Positions 22,554 to 30,877 of a stretch of 30,877 bases of DNA are shown here, piece after piece (position 1 is the first letter of the stretch; every line of letters begins with the position of its first letter). The notes under the pieces are model-generated. The model was not told where the DNA came from. It did no database searches and saw only the letters and a program-made list of their open reading frames with translations. A program made the position numbers and the translations under genes. The DNA is from Octopus sinensis (lineage: Eukaryota), in contig NW_021832366.1 of NCBI RefSeq assembly GCF_006345805.1, positions 1 through 30,877 of the forward strand. Direction: 5' to 3'.

Positions 22554-23079
22554 ATAAAGAATAAGCTAATGTATTCCTGTAGTGTGTGTCTCTATGTTTG
22601 AGTCAAACGTATATAGAAGCCAAAAAATGGTGTATTGAATGCATGTGTCAGACTCTTGTTCGTGTAGATCATGAAGTCTTGCCTTTAACTTTAGTTTTGA
22701 AAATATTTACAGAAGAATTAACAGGCATTATTTATTGGCTGGAATGAGACGGCTGAGGATTAGAACAGTGTTCCGGCTATTACCTTCCAGTTCATGAATT
22801 TACAAAAGATTGCGACCAATATTGTTCTAGAAGTAAACTTCTCCTGTATTTCTATTTTGACTTGTAGATTTTTGCTGCTTTGTATTTTCATTGCTCTTTA
22901 GACTGTTTTGTCCAGTTCTAAGCATCGTTCGGCCATGAAAATATCGCCTTTGTTCATACCTTTTCACTATTTCTAATGGCAGGCCTGTCACTTGTTTTCG
23001 TGCTTTTATGTAGACGGTTTCTTCCACTACTTTGCTTTCTGCTTTCTTTGAAAGATATATATATACTGTTGCTTTATAG

Positions 23080-23200
23080 CATCTGTGCCGAGCTGGAGCA
23101 AATAAGCGCAATAGCCAGTTGTCTCTCGTTCGGACTATTGATGCAGATCTTTGTCAATAGTTTTGTTCACATCATATTGTTTGCTATCTTTTGTGCGTGT
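23080..23200 (+). CDS. Possible internal exon of an unidentified gene (hydrophobic peptide)
   Basis: Acceptor TGTTGCTTTATAG and donor GTAAGT. One open frame gives ICAELEQISAIASCLSFGLLMQIFVNSFVHIILFAIFCAC. I recognise no family, and it could be chance in T-rich DNA. Confidence 0.2.
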
Positions 23201-23358
23201 GTAAGTATTATATACATATGTGTGTATATTTGTCCTAGGGATCTATTGTAGTTTTTATGTATGCATGTCTGTACTCTCCCCCCCTCTCTCTCTCTATCTA
23301 TCTATCTCTGTATGTGTGTGAGTGTGTATAAATGTATAAACACATACACACATACACA

Positions 23359-23560
23359 TCTATTATATAAAATCTGTTCTGTCTGTGTGTGTGTCTTCTA
23401 GGATCTCGGGCATCCTCCATCCGATTGCGGTCAAATTTGATATGTAGATACCGACGGTATCAGGACGTGTATATGTCTTGAAAAAATTACAAAAATCGAT
23501 TCCAGATGAGAATGCGATCGATAAAGCCGTGGAAACGTGCATTTGTAAAATCGTTTTTCT
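23359..23560 (+). mobile_element. Probable 5' end of a non-autonomous Helitron
   Basis: An A|TC start, TCTATTATATAAAATCTGTTCTGTCTGTG, then CCGATTGCGGTCAAATTTG. This resembles typical animal Helitron-N 5' termini. No 3' hairpin-CTAG end was located. Confidence 0.45.
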
Positions 23561-23749
23561 TGGAATAGAAAATAGTCCATCTTTATTTCTTCTTTTGCTG
23601 GTGTCTCAAATTTACGTTAAATCAGTGTTTCTCAAAGGGGAGGCCTATGGGACGGTTGGACAAGTTGTTTTGAGAAAATTTAGTTTAAATGTTTGACAAC
23701 TCAGTCCCGTCCATTGGACGGGGTGGGGAAGACGTTTTGCTCGTGTATA

Positions 23750-23872
<123 letters not shown>

Positions 23873-23881
23873 TTACACGTA

Positions 23882-24099
23882 CGAGGGAGTGCTGATAAGT
23901 TCCAGACTTTAAGGATGTCGTGAAAGGCCTGATTGGAGACCCAGTCTTCCGAGTTCTTTTACAGAGCCTCCTAAAACTGAAGGACCGTTGCAATAACTGA
24001 GTGAATCTGAGAGGGGAATGGAATATGTTGAATAAAATCATAACTGAACCTCTCGTATTTTCTTTTACCCAAAGCCAAGAACTTTTTAGCATCCCCTTG
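23882..24099 (+). mobile_element. Internally deleted mariner (Tc1/mariner) derivative, 218 bp
   Basis: TA on both sides (23880-81 and 24100-01). Imperfect 29-bp TIRs (about 21/29 by eye): CGAGGGAGTGCTGATAAGTTCCAGACTTT and AAAGCCAAGAACTTTTTAGCATCCCCTTG. Retains the transposase C-terminus LKLKDRCNN*VNLRGE-YVE*. Confidence 0.85.
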
Positions 24100-25024
24100 T
24101 ATGTATATACATGCGTGTGTATCTACACTATATGTACACACACACATGCACACACACATACATATACACACGCATATATATCAACCTATATATGTGTGTG
24201 AATGTTTGTATATGTTTGTAGCGAAAGTCAACACACGCTCACCCAGAAATACAGACGGGACAAGAACGAAATCACAATAATATTAGTCTGATGCTCATAC
24301 AAATGGGAAACATTTATTAAAATAGCTTTTTGGACATATTCCACCTTCTTCAAAACAGGGTGTAGAATGAAAAGAGAGAAGCAAGGACGGGGGTAAAAAA
24401 CAGATCTTGAATAATAAATAAAACGTGTAATCAAGGTGAAAATATCCTCACGAGCATTGCCTACGATCTGGTCATTGATTCTTTATGAATGTGAAACTTT
24501 GAAACTTAACGAAGGTTAACAACTTTAAATTATGAAGATCAGTGATCGGTGCTTTTGGAGTTAATAAAATGGCAATAAACGATTTAGTTTTCTATTTCTT
24601 AATTTGGAAGGAAAATTTAACTGGATTAATGTTTCAGACAGCACCGATAATTTTTGCAAAGATCAGAAAATGAAATCGTACAGTAGCGAATGATTAAAAA
24701 TAGTGAATATCAAACGTTCACGAAATAAGCAACCGAATGCAGAGAGATTTGAAATAAAAGACACGAATATATATATGTGTGTGTTTTTGTGTGTGTATTC
24801 ATGTGTGTACGTGCATTCCTATAAGCATGCAAACACAAATTCTTAATAAAAATTTGACCACACTACAAAGTGTAATAGGAAACCTAAGAGAAATGTAAAT
24901 AGTTAAACTACGGATCTTAAGACTTTCGCTGAATAACTTTAAACGGATGTAAATGCATCGTGTTATTCTCTTCATATACCAGAAAATATAAGAGTTAACT
25001 CTACTCCGTTTCACAGTCATTATT

Positions 25025-25244
25025 TTTTTATTTGTTTCAGTTATTTGAGTGCAGCCATGCTGGAGCACCGCTTTGGTCGTACAAATCGTCCCCACGATTT
25101 ATTCTTTGTAAGCCTAGTACTTATTCTATCGGTCTCTTTGCCGACCCGCTAAGATCCGAAGACGTAAACACACTGACATCAGCTGTGAAGCGATGGTGGG
25201 GCACAAACACAACACATAAATCATACATACACACATACATACAA

Positions 25245-25301
<57 letters not shown>

Positions 25302-25310
25302 GTATATGCA

Positions 25311-25357
<47 letters not shown>

Positions 25358-25536
25358 GTATGTATGTATATAAGATGGGCTTCTTTCAGTTTCCATCCAC
25401 CAAAACCACTCACAAGGCTTTGGTCGACTCGAGGCTATGGTGGAAGACACTTGCCCGAGGTGTCACGCAGTGAGACTGAACCCGGAACCATGTGGTTGGG
25501 AAGCTAGCTTCTTGCCACACAGTCATTCCTGCGCCT
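25025..25536 (-). mobile_element. Composite B/C SINE with a long internal (TA/TATG)n
   Basis: Colinear with 19921-20357. Internal microsatellite at about 25202-25372. Confidence 0.88.
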
Positions 25537-26395
25537 GTTGAATGCTCGTCAACATTGCTCGCTTATTTCTGCTTCAGCCAAGGCAATTTATAGCAAATGG
25601 AACTTAACTTAAACAGCTAGAGAAATTCGCATGCAGACATTTGCGAGCTGCGTGATTAAATATTTAATGAATATTTGAGCACAGCAGACGGTGTATCAAA
25701 AAACGTAAGCTAGTTACAGGCTTTAAGCCAGCTGTGAAGAAATATCCAGACACATTTTACTCTTTTCATATACACACACAAAAGAAGAATATCTGGAGAT
25801 GTTTCCCGGTACTATGACTTCATATACAGGTATACAGATGATATACCCAACTCCTTATACAATAATGTATATATATATCTTCTTGTCTTGTTATTCTCCT
25901 TGTCCTGTCTTTTACTGTTTATATTTTGTACTGTCGTTACTGTCCTGTTTTTGTTACCATTTTTACCCCTCTGCGAAAAGATCTCAAATTTTATTTGATT
26001 TGCTTTTCGCAGGAAGGAAAGTTTCTATCGAAGATGCGTATCGCCTTCACCTTCGAAACGCAGAGTAGATTAAACCGTGGCGACTGAAGAAGAGGAATTT
26101 TCCTTGTGTTATTTGTCCTGTACTCTATTTTTTTGTTGTTTAAGAAAAATGTTCAGTTCCTTGGTTTTGTGTTTATATTTTCGTTTCTCATTGTGTTCGA
26201 CGTTTTTTTTTTTGTGTCCTGTACTCATATATGCGTGTATATATACATGTAGAGGTAGGTACGTACATATATGTATATATATATATGCATATGTTTTATT
26301 TATTAATATATATATATATCCACACATACGCATACACTTTACATTTCTACGTGGTTGAGCTATTAATTGTCCGCACATAAACAAAAACACACATA

Positions 26396-26429
<34 letters not shown>

Positions 26430-27194
26430 ACTACACCACCACCACTACACATATATATATACATGTCTACGTGACTGAGTTACTAATTGTCCGCAATGCA
26501 CTAAATAACAATGTTTACTGACTGAGATTTTTTTAGCTGGATCACACTATCGTTAATGTAACGATCAATATATCGTCGGCAGATCTTACAACTATTTTGT
26601 ATCTGCAATACTTGGAGAGCTATTTTGGACAATCCTCACTAAATCCCTTTCTGTTGCGGATGACTGACTACACAAACAGAATCTTCAGAACCATGTTTCA
26701 TTTACCGTTAATTGTCATTTCCTCAATAGCAAGAGGTCGCTTCCCCTAAACTAAACCATGGAGTAGTTTAATGGCGTTATTACCAACACAAATCATGGTC
26801 GGGCATCCAGTATTTTCTTGATGTGTGACGTTCAGCTGAAAGATTTGGGAATTTTCTATACATTTCTAGACAACCGCTGTGTCGAAAGACAGAGTATGCC
26901 GTTGCACGGAAAGCATTTCATGGATATCGGTCTCAATACCGCAGGAAGTAGATACTTAAACCATTCTATTCTTTAGAGTAATCAGAAAGGAGAGCAATCA
27001 TTGCTAATGTAATAAAAGGACAAATTAACGCCACTACTTCAAAAGTACAGAGTAGTGTTGATTTCTAACGATGCGCCTCTAACGATTTTCCTCGGTAACA
27101 GGAACAAAATTTATTACTGCTTTACGGATAGTAATGACTCAGTATCGTGTATGCACGCGCACGCGCACGCACCCATAGATATACAGAAACACAC

Positions 27195-27244
27195 CACACA
27201 ACATACATATACATATAAATAGCATAATTTATACCATATCTACG

Positions 27245-27322
<78 letters not shown>

Positions 27323-27513
27323 TATATGTATGTGTATATATATGTGTGTGTGTATGTATATATATATATATATAATATTATATATATATATATATATATA
27401 TAGGTAAATATATACAAACATACATATAAATGTGTGTACGTATGTGTATATATACATATGTATATATATACATATATGTATATATATATGTATATATACA
27501 TATATGATACATA

Positions 27514-27567
<54 letters not shown>

Positions 27568-27707
27568 TTATAATAATATATATATATATATGTATATATA
27601 TATATGTATATATATATGGATATATATATACTTAGAGACATATGGATATATACATATGTATGTACATACCTATATATATTTATACATATCAATACATACA
27701 CACACAT

Positions 27708-27753
<46 letters not shown>

Positions 27754-27762
27754 CATATATAG
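27195..27762. repeat. Very long interrupted (TA)n/(TG)n tract
   Basis: Direct reading. Confidence 0.95.
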
Positions 27763-27874
27763 GCTGTTTTCATCTGAAACCCAACTAATATTACAACTCA
27801 CTATAAAATCGACACATCTCATTTGCGATCTTTACTTTGTATTGATTATCACTAGATCAGAAATTCTGCAATAG

Positions 27875-27965
27875 TGTTAGGGTCGATATAATCGACCCTT
27901 CAACATGTTTGGTACTTAATTTATCGGCTTTGAAATTATGAAAGGCAAACTTGAACCCGGTACTG
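27875..27965 (-). mobile_element. Degenerate SINE-A core fragment
   Basis: GTCGATATAATCGACCC...GGTACTTAATTTATCGGC...ATGAAAGGCAAAC. Confidence 0.7.
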
Positions 27966-28154
27966 TGTTGATAAGTGTATGCATATACATAGAAGGTTTT
28001 GTCGGGGTGTTTAGCAAAGTATGTGTTTGGCGGTTTGTGTTTGTTTATTGCTATGATTTTTGTTTTTGTTTTTCTTTCATATTTTTTGCAGCAGTTCGTT
28101 TATCGGTATGCACGTGTATGTTTGCGTGCGTGCAACTGTGTGTATCTTTGTTTC

Positions 28155-28480
<326 letters not shown>

Positions 28481-28699
28481 AAAGAGCACAAACAAGTTAA
28501 ATTTTACTACAGCTGTTTCAGACGTTTTTTTTATATTTCATTGATGAATAATCCAATGCGTCATGTTAAAATCTGTTTTCTTCAGGTGAATTAAAAAGTA
28601 AAAATTAGAGATTTGGTTCTGAAAGAATACCAAGATGAGGAATGTGGCAGCAAATAAACAGATAAGAGAGAATGGTTGTGTATGTGTATGCGTGTGTGT

Positions 28700-28850
28700 G
28701 TGTATGAACGGAAAAACAATTTCGCTTCACAGACATGAGTGGTGGGTTCAATTCCACTTAGTGCCATGGTGAGCAGGTACATCTGCTGTCGTAGTCTAGG
28801 CTTGAACTAAGCGTCGTCAATAGATAGAAACTACGTAGACGGCGGTCGGT
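28700..28850 (+). mobile_element. Highly degenerate head of the B/C SINE
   Basis: GGGTTCAATTCCACT...TAGTCTAGGC...AGAAACTACGTAGACG aligns loosely to the B head. Confidence 0.45.
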
Positions 28851-29631
28851 GGAGTGAATTGGTAATTTGAAATTCCAGATTTCTCCCGCTCATTCTGCTT
28901 TGAGTATTATTACCCTGCGCACGTAAGCGAAAGCAGTGTGCTGCAATCACTCGTCTTCGTCTGTTTGTCTGTGTTTTCAAAGTTACTGGAAAACCTGAAC
29001 GGATTTTCACCACATTTGGCAGAAATTCTGATTATATTTAAAACAAAAAGAATTCTAATCGAACTTATAAATTTCTCGATAAGCAAGTGGTCACATTATT
29101 TTGTTCACTTTCTTTTTCATATGAATCGATCCTCGTCTGCGTGAGTGAGATCATGGTGTACCTATGCAGGTAGACATGTATACGTACATACATAAATACA
29201 AAGATATGCGACAATGTGTGTGTGTGTGTGTCTGTGTGTACGTGTGTGCTCGCGCGCGCATCCGTTTACAATGATGGATTCGAGGTTTTCGTTTATTTAC
29301 GAGTTAATGTCTTAATTTCACCGGAATATAAATGCTTATAATTGTGATACTTTGAAAAAGAAAAACTTAATTCATTTCAATAAAAAAGCATGGGGAAGCA
29401 ACGCATTGTAAGCTACAATATAATTGGCGAAAACGTTTATCTGCGCCCAACGTATGCATCGCTTCTCTGATGCCTATTTTTTTGTCTTTATGTTATGTGT
29501 TCATTATGTTATATGTTTACGTGCCTTGTATAATCGAGCACCTCTCACGCTAAATCATTGAGTAAGCTGGTCGAAAAACTAGGTGTATATACATCGAAAA
29601 TGACACTCTCATGATATATGCTCACATTATT

Positions 29632-29692
29632 ACTGGTGGTGCTCTAGCATGGCCATAGCCTTAGGGCTGAGACATGCAGAAGAATAAAGAAA
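29632..29692 (+). mobile_element. 3' tip of the B/C SINE C module
   Basis: GGTGGTGCTCTAGCATGGCCATAGCC...GCTGAGACATGCAGAAGAATAAAGA. Confidence 0.55.
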
Positions 29693-29769
29693 TTATATGT
29701 ATATATATATATACATACACACTCACACAGGTATAGGTAGATAAATGTATATGCGTATGTATGTAGAAC

Positions 29770-29864
29770 TTTTATCTTTTACTTGTTTCCGTCATAAGGC
29801 TGCGACCAAGCTGGGACACCGACTTGAAGAATTTTTATTTGCTGAATGAATCGACCCCAATACT

Positions 29865-29896
<32 letters not shown>

Positions 29897-29897
29897 G

Positions 29898-29978
<81 letters not shown>

Positions 29979-30288
29979 CATTATTATTTTGTTATAGCCA
30001 GGTACTTATTCTGTTGATCGCTTTTGCCGAATCGCTAGGTTATAGGGTTATAAACACTCCATCACTGATAGCGGGGACGAATACTGACACAAAGGGACAC
30101 ACACACATAGACTTATGGGGCTTCTTTCAGTTTCCATCTACCAGGTCCATTCAAAAGGCTTTTGTCGGTCCGATGCCATAGTAGAAGACACTTGCCCAAG
30201 TTGCAATGCAGTGGGACTGAACCCCGAACCCCGAACCCCGAACCCCGAACCACACAGTTGGAAAGCAAGCTGCTTACCACTCAGCAAC
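29770..30288 (-). mobile_element. Composite B/C SINE with a secondary (TAC)n(TAT)n expansion and a (GAACCCC)n expansion
   Basis: Colinear with the other two copies. (TAC)n(TAT)n at about 29861-29990 and GAACCCC x4 at 30219-30246. Confidence 0.85.
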
Positions 30289-30354
30289 ATATAAATGTAT
30301 ACGCATGCGTATAAATAGCATATATATATATATATAAATATACATGTTTTACAT

Positions 30355-30660
30355 TGTGCGTGTGTGTTTGTGTGTGTGTGTGTATGTGTGTGTGTGAGTG
30401 TGTGTGTGTGTGTGTGTGTGTATGGGTGTGTATGGGTGTGCGTGCGTATACGTTCACAGACACAGAAAACACATTCATACTTATACATAAAGTAAGAAAG
30501 TATAAGGGTATAAAACAGAATAACAGAGAGGGAATGAGAGAGAGGGAGAGATATAGAGATTGGTGAAGCAAAAGAGAGCAGGAGGGAAAGATAGAATGAG
30601 GGAGAGAGAAAGCCTGATAATGTACGAGTGAGAGAGTAGGCGGGAGAGAAGTGAGGAGAA
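30355..30660. repeat. (TG)n tract and GA-rich low-complexity region
   Basis: Direct reading. Confidence 0.9.
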
Positions 30661-30877
30661 ATTTATGTTTACGAGCCATTTAATTTTATTTCCTTACATC
30701 CAATGCTTCTTACAAACAAAAGGTACGTTTCCGAAATCTGAATATAAAACTTAATATCAATTAGTAAGTGATGATAAGGAAGGTGTTGCCTGTTTGAGAG
30801 ACTCTTAAATATACACAGCTGTTCGCTTTATATACACTCAGTAATATAATGGCTAATGGTAAACAAAATATATGCCG

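Noticed and set aside
23626-23680. CAGTGTTTCTCAAA, similar to a hAT/Charlie TIR
   Set aside because: Only a 9-bp partial inverted partner (TTTGAGAAA) and no 8-bp TSD.
28586-28655. Acceptor TTTTCTTCAG followed by a near-open frame GELKSK(I)RDLVLKEYQDEECGSK*
   Set aside because: It needs a 1-bp deletion in an A-run to be open, and there is no other support.

Overview
AT-rich, repeat-saturated eukaryotic intronic or intergenic DNA. It is most likely from an octopus (cephalopod), inferred from my recall of the SINE families and the microsatellite load, not from a search. No intact protein-coding gene can be supported. Nearly all ORFs in the track are translations of microsatellites or SINEs. The window holds about 20 copies or fragments of at least four tRNA-derived SINE types, my labels being A, B/C, D and F. 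It also holds decayed non-LTR retrotransposon pieces (two RTE-clade 3' ends and one L1/Tx1-like internal piece), a Helitron helicase remnant, a 30-bp-TIR MITE, a deleted mariner derivative and many simple repeats. The most notable structures are: (1) two divergent hammerhead-ribozyme-like motifs forming a ~100-bp inverted repeat (15791-16156), probably Penelope-related; (2) SINE-A copies built from a tandem ~184-bp unit and repeatedly nested in other SINEs with clear TSDs; (3) a composite SINE that carries a hypervariable microsatellite at a fixed internal position.
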